From contig OZ024755.1 in assembly GCA_964016885.1 (NCBI GenBank), positions 36,890,001 through 36,954,000 of the forward strand: a DNA stretch of 64,000 bases, given 5' to 3'. Source of the stretch: Eledone cirrhosa (taxonomy: Eukaryota). The notes below the pieces were generated by a model. The model did not search any database. It was not told the origin of the DNA and saw nothing but the letters and a program-made list of their open reading frames with translations. Below are positions 1-12,422 of the stretch, piece after piece (positions within the stretch are counted from its first letter, which is position 1; each line of letters starts with the position of its first letter). The translations under genes were made by a program, and so were the position numbers.

Positions 1-205
1 GTATCGACAGAGTGTCGGTCATTATGTTTTGCGGCATATAGTTACGGCCCTTTTTGATCTGAGTTAAAATCCAGCCGAGGTTAACTTTGCCTTTCATCCT
101 TACGGAGTCGATAAAATAAAGTACCAGTCACATACTGGGGTCGATTTAATTGACTTTCTCTCCTTCAAAATTGCTGGCCTTGTGCTTATATTAGAAACAA
201 TTATT
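1..205 (+). mobile_element. tRNA-derived SINE family A (octopod-type), 5'-partial
   Basis: B-box-like gagttaaaatcc followed by the family body gcctttcatccttacggagtcgataaaataaagtaccagt and tail ggccttgtgc..tagaaacaattatt; >25 copies in the window. Confidence 0.85.
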
Positions 206-359
206 ATTGGTTGTCGGACTGAGATGCGCGAGGTGGTTATTTTCAAATTTTTGAATTGAAATAATTGTTGTATGTTTTGTGACAAAGGGGTCATAAGACA
301 CCAGTCTTTGCCATGTGTAAAGGTGACCCCATAATATTTGGGCCTTTGGGCTCAAATAT

Positions 360-1045
360 TTGAACTTTATTTCTTTTGAAAATTTATTTCCTAAAAAAAA
401 AAACTGGACGAGGCCCAACACCACCACCACCACCACCACCACCACCACCACCACCACCACCACCACCACCACCACCACCACCACCATCACCACCACCACC
501 ACCACCAACAACAACAACGACAACACCTCCAACAATAACAACATCACCAACAACATTGTGACCAGCAACAGAATCGGTAACAGTAACACGGACAACAACA
601 GCTCTTTCGCTGCTGCAGCAACCAAAAAGGGGCGATGCTTCAGCATGGATCTCAGTGAAAAAGATAAAACGTTGGTCCAGGCCTGGAGGCTCATTAAACA
701 AGGGCAAACCAGGGCCAACTTAACTGTCCCCGCTGAAGCCTTAGAAGCGGTGGAGATGAGAACGGTGCATTTTAGAGGCATTTCAGAGTTGACAAAAACA
801 ACAGCAATCCCCAAGCCGAAATTGTAGCTACCTTGAGGTACATCAGAGAGGACACCGAGTACATAGCGAAGGGCAGACAATATGGCACCCTCTTGGTTCT
901 GTTTAAGTTAGGAGCCGTCACTGAAGAATAAAAGAACACACAAACAACTGAAAGCGCAGACCACCCACACGACAAACACAGACACACTAAAACAGCACCA
1001 ACAAAACTATCACAATTACCCAGACTCAAACAAGTAAAACCACAA
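360..1045 (+). pseudogene. possible degenerate LINE ORF1-like fragment with (CAC)n/(AAC)n expansion
   Basis: 155-aa ORF: poly-Thr/Asn then SFAAAA..K and a non-repetitive segment, interrupted by stops and ending at (TA)n; no diagnostic domain. Confidence 0.3.
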
Positions 1046-1067
1046 CAATATATATATACACCCCTAC

Positions 1068-1109
<42 letters not shown>

Positions 1110-1113
<4 letters not shown>

Positions 1114-1513
1114 GTGAAAGAGTGAAGAATAACATGGTCGGCTGTACAAAAGAGGTTTTATTTATAATATTAACAATTGTTTCATAAATCGAGTCTAAAG
1201 GCCGCTAATCACTCGAAGTTGCGTCACTCGAAGTTGACGCAACTTCGAGTGATTAATGAACTTAGACTCACTTGATCAATGAAACAATTGTTAACACTAT
1301 AAATAAAACCCTTTTTGTACAGCCGACCACCATGTTATTCTTCAATCTTTCACTACTATTACTCCAAGAATGATGTACATGGGAATTCTCGCGAACTCGC
1401 TACCCAACTATGGAAACCTCTTGTTGAATCAAACAACGCCATATGTTAAAACTATCCACAGTACAGAGTACTCGCAACCTCTAACTGGATTACCTAAAAC
1501 GATAATTTGTAAT

Positions 1514-1516
<3 letters not shown>
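1110..1516 (+). mobile_element. fold-back cassette between (TA)n tracts, degenerate hammerhead 3' half
   Basis: Arms ~1110-1226 and ~1235-1357 are inverted; both retain gaaacaattgtt; unique tail to 1516. Confidence 0.6.
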
Positions 1517-1594
<78 letters not shown>

Positions 1595-1974
1595 ACTTAT
1601 GTTTACCGAATTCACAGACTAGACCCCTTCTTCCTCCCGTTAGACCTGTGCGAAATTCCTTCCTTGCTCACATTTCAACCACGTTTGATGGTCTTTATTC
1701 TCTCTCGTTCACGATTTCACCGAACTTATATTCATAGAAATTTTTGGACTTGACTTCTTCTTCCTCACTTTTCGTTGCTCCACCATCTTTGTTTGTTTAC
1801 ACTCTCGTGTCCCCTTTATTTACGTGTCCCAACGACTTTCTTTAGCCGTTGCTCGCACCAACCGGAGGTATATGGTCTTTAAAGCGATGAAATACCAATG
1901 ATGGTTGGAAGATCACTGATGAAGGACTAACTTTATTCATATGTAACCCATTAGCAACGCCGCAGCACGTTTAT

Positions 1975-2062
<88 letters not shown>

Positions 2063-2064
<2 letters not shown>

Positions 2065-2476
2065 TACCAGAATGGCTCGGCGTTGCTCGGGATTCTAAAC
2101 ATAGATTGGCATGTTTATCCCGCCTTTCTGAATCAGTTTCGTCGTATGTTCACCAATTGATGCAGAAGTCCTAATAAAAAGTGAAGTCGCCTTGGGTGAA
2201 TAGGCAAATAATTTTTTAAAAGCATTTAATTGCGTTCCCTCTCTTTTTTGTTGTTTTTGGTGTTGTCGAGCTTCGTGAAATAAATACGTTTGTTTATATT
2301 TTGTTATTGTGTAGGCAAAAATATCTGTACACGAATATATAATTATATATATATATATATTAAAATAACAGATTAAAGTTTAAGCAAAGAATCGCTGCTT
2401 TCACTCTTAACGGGATCTTCTGAAACAAAAAAATCAATCTGTGAACGCAGAAATAAATATTTCGTAAAACGTTACA

Positions 2477-2523
<47 letters not shown>

Positions 2524-2839
2524 ATATATATATATATACATATACATACACACACAGATAGTGTCATAATGCCGTAATGCAGACAGCCAGACACACAGAC
2601 AGATATTATAAGGGCGCGACGTAATAGCTATGTATCTATCTAAAAAGACAGACTAAGAATTATAGAGAGCGATCGCTAAATCGCTTAATGCGGTCCCTAG
2701 GGCATTGACAATTTTACTCACATGGTTATAAGTATTACATGTGTAAATTTGAAAAAAATCGGTTGGGGGGTTCTCGAGCTTTAGGGAGTCAGGCAGACAA
2801 ACAGATAGACAAACAGACATTCTCTGTTTTAGACATAGA
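2063..2839 (-). mobile_element. non-autonomous Helitron
   Basis: Minus strand starts TCTATGTCTAAAACAGAGAATGTCTGT and ends with GC hairpin cccgagcaacgccgagcc plus GTAG|T; both ends resemble those of the large Helitron at 54-60 kb. Confidence 0.65.
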
Positions 2840-2916
2840 TAAATATATATATATAAATAAATAAATAAATATATATATATATATATATACATACACACAC
2901 ACACACACACACACAC

Positions 2917-2990
<74 letters not shown>

Positions 2991-3155
2991 TATATATATA
3001 TAAATATATATGAATATATATATATAAATAAACATATATATACATACATGTATATATATATATATATACATATATGTATATATATAAACATATATATATA
3101 TGTGATTGTTTCATATGTTTATTTATATGTTAATCAATTCCTAGTTGTTACATAA

Positions 3156-3302
<147 letters not shown>

Positions 3303-3304
3303 TA

Positions 3305-3369
<65 letters not shown>

Positions 3370-3644
3370 AAAGAAAACTACGGACAAAAATGTGAACTTT
3401 TCTCCCTAAATATGTATGTAAAATCTAATTTTTTTCTCCATATTTTTATTATTCTTATTAATATGCAAGTCAATTGCATTATGCTCTTCCGTCATTGAAA
3501 AACCATATAAGCTGAAACCGGTACAATTAATGCGGAAATCCCTATTTTGTAAATAAATGTTTTGATGTTATTCTGAGAGAAAATCCCTTTAGACTTTTCT
3601 ACGTTTTTTTTCCTTTTTTACTATATATATATAAACACACATAC

Positions 3645-3707
<63 letters not shown>

Positions 3708-3714
<7 letters not shown>

Positions 3715-4388
3715 CGTAAAATAAGAAAATTATAAAATTAACTTACTTACTAAAATTTCACTCCCAACTAACAGTTTCTGAAAGGGAATAAACATACTTT
3801 CCGAAGAAGCGTACATAAGTATGCATCTGTGTATATATATGTTACTAGATATACTAATTCTTTATAATTATCTCTAAATTATTTGTCGAGCAAAAATTGG
3901 CCAAGACTGCTGCTATGGTAACAGTCAGGCTGCTGTCTTCTTAACAAACCACTTTCCACTGATTGACCTCGATGTCACGTGATTGATTCTTTTGAATTTG
4001 CCACCGACGCAGTAGGCAGTGATTTTCTCAATGGCTAGGAATTTAGTTCACGCTTTGCTTTTTTCCATCAACTGAATTATTTTTGTATAAGTTCCCTGTG
4101 TCCACGTATTACCTGGAAACTTAGCTGAGAATAGACTTCCCTGATGACGAAAGGCTTCTCTGTACGCTTCTTCGGAAAGTATGTTTATTCCCTTTCAGAA
4201 ACTAATTAGTTGGGAGTGAAATTTTAGTAAGTAAGTTAATTTTATAATTTTCTTATTTTACGTCTCTCATATTATTGTTCTGCAGCCCCATGCATTGAAC
4301 CACAAAGTTTCTAAGACAAAACCTATATATTTGCTAGCATAAGTATGCATCTGTGTATATATATGTTACTAGATATACTAATTCTTTA

Positions 4389-4390
<2 letters not shown>
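3708..4390 (+). mobile_element. PLE-like cassette with inverted copy (3708-3816 vs 4161-4270) and direct repeat (3814-3865 vs 4338-4390)
   Basis: Repeats read directly; flanked by (TA)n; contains a hammerhead. Confidence 0.7.
4135..4217 (+). ncRNA. type I hammerhead ribozyme, long stem II
   Basis: acttcc-CTGATGA-cgaaagg...cctttca-GAAA-ctaattag-TT-gggagt; palindromic stem III. Confidence 0.75.
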
Positions 4391-4419
<29 letters not shown>

Positions 4420-4861
4420 TTGTTTCGCTTATAGGTATAGAGTTATCAGCACATATACACCTGTACAGATATATGTGTCCTTATATATATTATGAAATTA
4501 TAGATATAAACTATTGTAGATATAAACTAAATTATAGATATAAACTATTATAGATATAAACTAACTATAATCAGAACTAATTTTACTTATAATAACTATT
4601 TTTCCCTAGGGTCTATTCTAGGTACTTCTAAAGCTCCTATTAAGCTACTATATGTCTATATTGTAGAATATCTCATATAGCAAAGTATCATATACTATAA
4701 TATCATTCGACACAATATGTCATTGAAGACTTTATATATAATTCATGATTCGATTCTTCAATTTCATATGAAGGATTGTAAAGTGCAGAGAGCTTCTCTC
4801 ACCTTACCAAAGACAATAGTGAAGTACTGTATTATAAGTACTGATTATATATATTTATATA

Positions 4862-5056
4862 TATATATGGAAAGTTATATTTAAATTGTTGGGTTACAAC
4901 TAGTAAATATTTATAACTGATATAAAAGCACTCGACAAATATTTGGAGTATATTGTCTGAGGAAGGCATAGCATATTGTTAATATGATATCCCTGAAATA
5001 TATATAATGAAATAAATATGGTTTTATAAATATAGTTTCCATTTATTTAATATTGT
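4862..5056 (+). mobile_element. PLE-like cassette with hammerhead (core 4957-5013); internally deleted copy of 46432-46720
   Basis: CTGAGGA-agg..catatt gtt aatatg..cct-GAAA-tatata-TA-atgaaat; near-identical reverse copy at 46.5 kb. Confidence 0.7.
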
Positions 5057-5105
5057 ATATATATATATATATATAAACATAGATACATACACACACACAC
5101 ACACA

Positions 5106-5178
<73 letters not shown>

Positions 5179-5180
<2 letters not shown>

Positions 5181-5370
5181 CGAAGGAAATGTGGTAAGGA
5201 ACCAGGTGGACCATAACGCACCAAAGTACTCAATACTTAGGGTAGTAGAGTAGGTAATAGGAACGAGTAGGACCCCGACGGCTGAGCTCAAGCCGTTTCG
5301 ACGGCTAATTCTGGACTCCAGAATTAGCCGTCGAAACTGCTTGAGCTCAGCCGTCGGGGTCCTACTCGTT

Positions 5371-5374
<4 letters not shown>
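5179..5374 (-). mobile_element. hairpin cassette (perfect ~57-bp stem 5258-5374) with hammerhead 3' half
   Basis: GAAA-cggct tgagctc agccg-TC-ggggtcc on the arms; further copies at 50690-50884 and 62022-62147. Confidence 0.75.
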
Positions 5375-5422
<48 letters not shown>

Positions 5423-5535
5423 CGTGTGTGTATGTATGCATGTATATATATATATATATACAAATAAAATATAGAGTTATCAACTCATATAGATACCCTG
5501 CAATTAACAAGCTCAAAGTATAAATACTGAGCATT

Positions 5536-5722
5536 GGTGGATTGGCAGTATCGGTAGAGAGTTGGACACCATACTTTGAAGCATAGAGTTACGTCCCTTT
5601 ATGATCTGAGTTCAAATCCCGCCGAGGTTAACTTTGCCTTTCATCCTTACGGGGTCGATAAAATAAAGTACCAGTAATGTACTGGGTAATTGCTGGCCTT
5701 GTGCCTAAAATAGAAACAATTA
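5536..5722 (+). mobile_element. SINE family A, full length
   Basis: ggtggattggcagtatcggtagag (A box), gagttcaaatccc (B box), conserved body and tail. Confidence 0.9.
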
Positions 5723-5728
5723 TAATAT

Positions 5729-6372
5729 TAATATGTGTAGAAGTAAACACAGTAAACCTGTGTCTAAAATTACGAGGGTAGATTACACCACAAATGTTAT
5801 ATATCATTCAACCTGAATCATATGGGATGTTACAAGATTTCTTACAAGATTTCTCATACATACCATATCAATAACCATTTCATCTCCCGGACAGACTAAA
5901 GATTTAATCTGTTTCGCCCTGAATGAATCGTGTTTGTAACAAGTAATCCGTATGGGTTAATAACTCTATATTTTATTTGTATTTCGGCTCCTTATCTGTT
6001 GAGTTTATTAAAATGAGTGTAAATAGATTATTATTTCTAGCATAACCACTCGCACCGCATAGGACTTTCAACGCACGAGGTGTAAACTTTAGTGAGTTTA
6101 TTGTTATAGGTGTTATGTAACATTTAGTCTTATCTCCTGCTGACGAAATCCTTATGGATTACTTGTTACAAACACGATTCATTCAGGGCGAAACAGATTA
6201 AATCTTTAGTCTGTCCGGGAGATGAAATGGTTATTGATATGGTATGTATGAGAAATCTTGTAAGAAATCTTGTAAAACCCACATGATTCAGGTTAAATGA
6301 TATATAACATTTGTGGTGTAATCTACCCTCGTAATTTTAGACACGAGTTTACTGTGTTTACTTCTACACATA

Positions 6373-6378
<6 letters not shown>
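5729..6378 (+). mobile_element. PLE-like cassette with ~225-bp inverted repeats (5729-5955 vs 6150-6378)
   Basis: Inverted arms read directly; hammerhead at 6132-6223. Confidence 0.75.
6132..6223 (+). ncRNA. type I hammerhead ribozyme
   Basis: atctcctg-CTGACGA-...-GAAA-cagattaaa tc tttagtctg-TC-cgggagat; 8-bp stem I, long stem III, GUC site. Confidence 0.85.
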
Positions 6379-6412
<34 letters not shown>

Positions 6413-6416
<4 letters not shown>

Positions 6417-6603
6417 AACGATCGACTTTCGTCAAATCAGACCGAGGAAACAATGTTTCCGTTGGTCTTTCCAATTGCTAATACTATCTATCGGTCGCAA
6501 CTTCAGGTAGAAGGAGCAACGTGAAATAAAGTGTCTTGCTCAAGGACATAACGCTTCGCCTGGTCCAGGAATCGAACTCACAGCCTTACGATTGCGAATC
6601 CAA
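6413..6603 (-). mobile_element. tRNA-derived SINE family B (CORE-like), head truncated
   Basis: Minus strand gagttcgattcc B box then tgtccttgagcaagacactt; copies at 11012, 35874, 47051. Confidence 0.8.
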
Positions 6604-6724
6604 TTTATATATATATATATAAGTATGTAAGTTTTGTATATAGCATAATATACGACGTGTTTAAGAATAAATATTTAAAAGTCTTTAGCTATGAATTTTA
6701 AAAGTTTGTGACAGGACGCCACCT

Positions 6725-7190
6725 AGCAGAAACAAGGGGAAATTACCCATAGCTATTTCTATCTTATATGGTCGTTATCAAGGTAATGCATCTCTCTACA
6801 TCGCTTTCTGCTGGAAATCAATATAGCCGCAAACATATAGTTTAACATTTATGTATATGAGCTGATTAGTCTCATTTGCATAGGGAGCTGTAGGCTGGTT
6901 CATCCTGAAGTAGAAGTAGAATTACGGTGTTCGCTCCAACATAGTTGTATAGATAGCTCCGTATAGATAGCTCCGTATAGATAGCTCCGTATAGATAGCT
7001 CCGTATAGATAGCTCCGTATAGATAGCTCCGTATCCAAATGAGGTTAATCAGCTCATGTACATAAGAGTCAAAACTGAATGTTTGCGCCTATATTGAGGT
7101 TGAGCGGAAAGCGAGGTAGAGGGGTGCATTACTTTGATAACACCCAAATAAGGTAGACACAATTGTCGGTAATTTTCCCTTGCTTCTGCT
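6725..7190. mobile_element. old MITE-like element with ~165-bp degenerate TIRs and internal 14-bp tandem array
   Basis: 6725-6889 inverted against 7025-7190; (gtatagatagctcc)x6 at 6947-7034. Confidence 0.6.
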
Positions 7191-7250
7191 GGAACTCGCT
7201 ATGTGGCGCTATGTAGCTCTTGTCGATTCAACAGCTAGTTCCAGACTATA

Positions 7251-7477
7251 CAGGGCGGGCCAGAATTCATGACTCGCTTCTTGTTAGTTATATTTCTTAA
7301 CATGCTTATTTCATTGTTATTGTATTGTTTTAATTTATTATTTAATTTCTTAATATGCTTAGTAGGTTTCTTAATTTATATTTTTATACCTTGATATGCC
7401 TCACAGGTTTATTATTTATCTTTTCTAAATTTGATTTTCTAAATAGTCAAGTGAGTCATGAATTCTGGCCCAGCCTG
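7251..7477. mobile_element. Tc1/mariner-type MITE
   Basis: TIR cagggcgggccagaattcatgactc / gagtcatgaattctggcccagcctg with TA on both sides; relative at 48400-48521. Confidence 0.8.
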
Positions 7478-8440
7478 TATATATTCTTCCCTCGCTTCTG
7501 TATTTCTTTCTCTGTATATATTTATGACGTTTACAAGCATCGATACCAACTCTGACACACTGTCTCTCACAGCATGAAAGCCTCCATCGTCCCCGGCTTT
7601 ATTTTATTGCTTCTTCTTATAATTAAACGGCCTTTCTATTTATTTATACATTTATTCATTCGCATTTTTATAATTTACTTCATAACCTGAATAATTTCAT
7701 CTTTTCATGGAAAATTTGTTTCAGAAACGAACAGAGAAAAACCAATAAAAAAAACAACAAAAATACAAACAACCTGCTTCAAATTTTAAGTGAATATGAA
7801 TAAAATATCTATCGTTGATATCAACCAATACGCTCAGGGTGTCTCACAGATTAATCTATTTATTTATTATTCCCATATATGTTTTTTAGTTACAAAGTTA
7901 GTTTTTTTAGTACTTTGGTGCCGTTGGTTTAATAATAATTATGCATCTCGTCATCATGATTAGAATAGTTGGATATTATTTTATTTCATATGTTTGAAAT
8001 CACGGTAACGTCATAAAGCAGTATCATTATATATGTATGAGCATAAGAAGAGGAAATGATATTTTTGTAACCTTATAGAATTTCTGTCGCATTTATTTGT
8101 GCATATTATTCAAAGGTTCATCAAGATAAAGAATAAATGGCTGATATTAACTTCGTCAGCTCGGTGTGTTGGCAGTATTGGTAGAGCGTCAAACACCGTG
8201 CTGCGTATAGCATACAGTTACGCGCATTAACGTTCTGAGTTCAAATATCGCCTGGATTAAATTAGTTTGTGGTCTCTATAACACATACTATAACGTGTCC
8301 TGTATTGGTAGACAATTGACAGAGACCTGAAGCCCGTCAACAAAAGTTGGAACGATGTATTGATTGATGCAACTGAGCATGGTCATTGGAACACTTTGGC
8401 TGCCTCACATGTCTCAAGAGGTGGGAGATTATAAGTCTAA

Positions 8441-8484
<44 letters not shown>

Positions 8485-8677
8485 TTAAGGATACTATTTA
8501 TGGTTATATATATACTAAAACCTTTTATAGTTATATATATATTATACCCTAAATAGTGAAAGACAGTAATTTATTACTATCTTAATACCAGTAAGATAAA
8601 TAGCTCAATGTAACAACATCAGTTGTTTTACAGAGCAGTTATATAGAGATTACATGAAACAAAGTTCTGTTTAAATC

Positions 8678-8722
<45 letters not shown>

Positions 8723-8789
8723 CTCAGAAGCGATTCTTAGAGCTGAAATGATTGTAAATGACCCCATTGAGTCTAAACTCTAAGCTATT

Positions 8790-8959
<170 letters not shown>

Positions 8960-9149
8960 CAATACCCGAATTACTTGATCGTTTTTTTTGGCTATGCGAA
9001 TGATTGTTTAACCATCGTCTCAGTGTGTTTGGCCTTTAACGTTTGTTATAGCTCTGGTTCATCTGAATCATTAAGCACTTGCCGCACATCTCGGAGGTTG
9101 TTTTTCGTTATTTCGTGGGCCGAAATGCGAATCTCGATAATTTATGTTT

Positions 9150-9700
<551 letters not shown>

Positions 9701-9735
9701 TATAAATATATATATAAAAATAAATATATATATAT

Positions 9736-9766
<31 letters not shown>

Positions 9767-9811
9767 AATAAATATATATATATATATAAATAAATATATA
9801 TATATATATAT

Positions 9812-10165
9812 ATAAAGAAAAAGAGATGAAATCGAAAATGCAACTGAAGTCTTATTTTTTTAAAAAATATATATATTTATTTGGTTCCTTTACCGGTTTC
9901 GCAGTTCTTCTGCTTTTCAAAAGGTGAGTTGAGATGGAGGGTCTGTGGTTTTTCTCACATCTGTGAGAAAAACCACAGACCCTCCATCTCAACTCACCTT
10001 TTGAAAAGCAGAAGAACTGCGAAACCGGTAAAGGAACCAAATAAATATATATATTTAAAAAAAAAATAAGACTTCAGTTGCATTTTCGATTTCATCTCTT
10101 TTTCTTTATACTTCCACTCGTGTTGGACACCTCGGTTATTTTTCATTTTGTAAAAAAAACCTCAC

Positions 10166-10172
<7 letters not shown>
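9812..10172 (+). mobile_element. near-perfect ~300-bp palindrome cassette (centre 9960/9961) plus unique 3' tail
   Basis: Arms read directly; (TA)n flanks; hammerhead on each arm. Confidence 0.8.
9997..10034 (+). ncRNA. minimal hammerhead with U3-A8 variant core (mirror copy 9887-9924 minus)
   Basis: cctt-TTGAAAA-gcag aagaa ctgc-GAAA-ccgg-TA-aagg. Confidence 0.7.
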
Positions 10173-10225
<53 letters not shown>

Positions 10226-10232
<7 letters not shown>

Positions 10233-10965
10233 TTGAATATAAAAGAAAGACGAAAATAGATATATACATATATGTGTTCAAATCGTAAGGGACCAGATTC
10301 GATAAGGTGAAAAGAATACTAACTATAGAATAAATCAAGAAAATAAATACAAACCGGAATTGTGGTAACTACCAATCACCCAGACAGCTTTGGTAATGCT
10401 GTTTCGCAAAATTAATTGTGAGTAGGAATGCCAATTCTTGCTCATCAGTGGGTGAAGAATTAGTATCCTATACACTTCTAAGTATATCAAGAAACTGAAT
10501 AGTGTGCGTACATATAATACCGCACATGGTATCTGAACTTAGCGCGTCTCACAAACTTACACCACTAAAAATAGCAGCCAGGTTTATTCGACATTTGAAA
10601 TAGCTCAACAAATTAACAGAGCCGAATATATCAAAGGTATATATTGAGTTAGAAACTCAAAATAATCTCTTACAATAAAATAGCTCTCGGAAAGAGATTT
10701 TTCCGAGCCGTATATTAGTATATTATAATTTGTATTTATTTTCTTGATTTATTCTTAAATTGAGTCAGGCAAACCCTATTGTCTATAGTTAGTATTCTTT
10801 TCCCCTTAGCGAATCTGGTCCCTTACGATTTGAACACATATATGTATATATCTGTGTTCGTTTTTCTTTTATATTCAATTATAATATACGGCTCGGAAAA
10901 ATCTCTTTCCTAGAGCTATTGTATTGTAAGTGACTATTTTGAGTTTCTAACTCAATATATACCTA
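10226..10965 (-). mobile_element. PLE-like cassette with two nested inversions
   Basis: 10229-10353 inverted vs 10728-10882; 10636-10716 inverted vs 10883-10964; (TA)n flanks. Confidence 0.7.
10376..10455 (-). ncRNA. type I hammerhead ribozyme
   Basis: Minus: tcaccca-CTGATGA-gcaagaatt...aattttgc-GAAA-cagc attaccaaa gctg-TC-tgggtga. Confidence 0.9.
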
Positions 10966-10976
10966 TATATATATAT

Positions 10977-11009
<33 letters not shown>

Positions 11010-11011
11010 GT

Positions 11012-11327
<316 letters not shown>

Positions 11328-11627
11328 ATCCTATATCCAGAGAAAAGATAGTATATTGACTATACACTAAATACATATTACTGAGAAAGAAATGTCCTCA
11401 AGATGGAATCAAAAGAGACCTCATAGTGCTATTTCGTTAAATGTAGACTGTAATTTAAAATCAATCTATATAATCGGTTATCAATCACAAACTATCGATT
11501 ATAATTAAACTACAGTAGACTCAGAAAACTCGCCAGGGGTATAGTCTTTTAGCATCCTAATAGATGTATATGCCAAAAATAGTATGTAGAGCAGTATACT
11601 TATATATATATATATATATATATATAA

Positions 11628-11676
<49 letters not shown>

Positions 11677-11683
<7 letters not shown>

Positions 11684-11853
11684 CAAAATATTAACAAATG
11701 AAAGATATTCACATAATCAAAGTATATGCTTTATTATATATATTTCAAAGGTATTATATTGTTTTTTTTCAGTACGTCTTCATCAGATAAAATATATGAT
11801 TTGATATATGACATACCGCTACGGTCTTGATTATACAATTCCAGTATTGGTCG

Positions 11854-11855
<2 letters not shown>
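11677..11855 (-). mobile_element. PLE-like cassette with hammerhead (11729-11792)
   Basis: Minus: ttttat-CTGATGA-agacgtac...tacctt t-GAAA-tatata-TA-ataaag; same family as 27380-27730. Confidence 0.7.
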
Positions 11856-11923
<68 letters not shown>

Positions 11924-12278
11924 ATTTACATAAACATAAAATCACAGATATATATGTGGCAACCGGTCACGTTGTGGCTCAATGAAGAATTAATGGAGCC
12001 TTTATTCTTATAGCCTGGTCTAATTGATTTCTTTTTATATGGTTAATTATGCTAATTGGGAGAGGAAATGGTATATATTTTATCTAATAATTCTAAGGAC
12101 ATGATTTATGATATATATATATGGCGGTGCCCCAGCATGGCCTCAGCCGGATGGCTGAAACAGGTAAAAGAGTATATATGATGACGTAGAAAAACAACAG
12201 CCAACAGCAGGACAAGCGAGGAAGATGTTTTTTGAAGCTAAAACCCCAGTGAGAAAATTTGTTCCGAAATTATTGCAA

Positions 12279-12366
12279 GTGTCCGACGAACCTGCAGTTC
12301 TAGAATCAGACACATCCATACAATGATCGTGTCTCGAGCTGTCTGCCGACGAAACAATTGTAACAC
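12279..12366 (+). ncRNA. hammerhead-like fold with CCGACGA core
   Basis: gtgt-CCGACGA-acctgcag...ctgccgac-GAAA-caattg-TA-acac. Confidence 0.55.
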
Positions 12367-12422
12367 ACAATAAATTGAGTCCAGATGCATCACTGATTTT
12401 TCGTTTTATATATATATATATA

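Noticed and set aside
360-827. Mucin-like or proline-rich host protein
   Set aside because: The Thr/Pro/Val/Gly runs are one (CAC)n tract read in different frames; no signal peptide or splice structure
1905-1950. CTGATGA followed by a hairpin as a hammerhead (also 19543 and 16736)
   Set aside because: No GAAA at the required position or no closing stem I; at most decayed remnants, so not counted
9852-10069. Two near-identical 62-aa ORFs on opposite strands
   Set aside because: A by-product of the DNA palindrome; no protein-like motif
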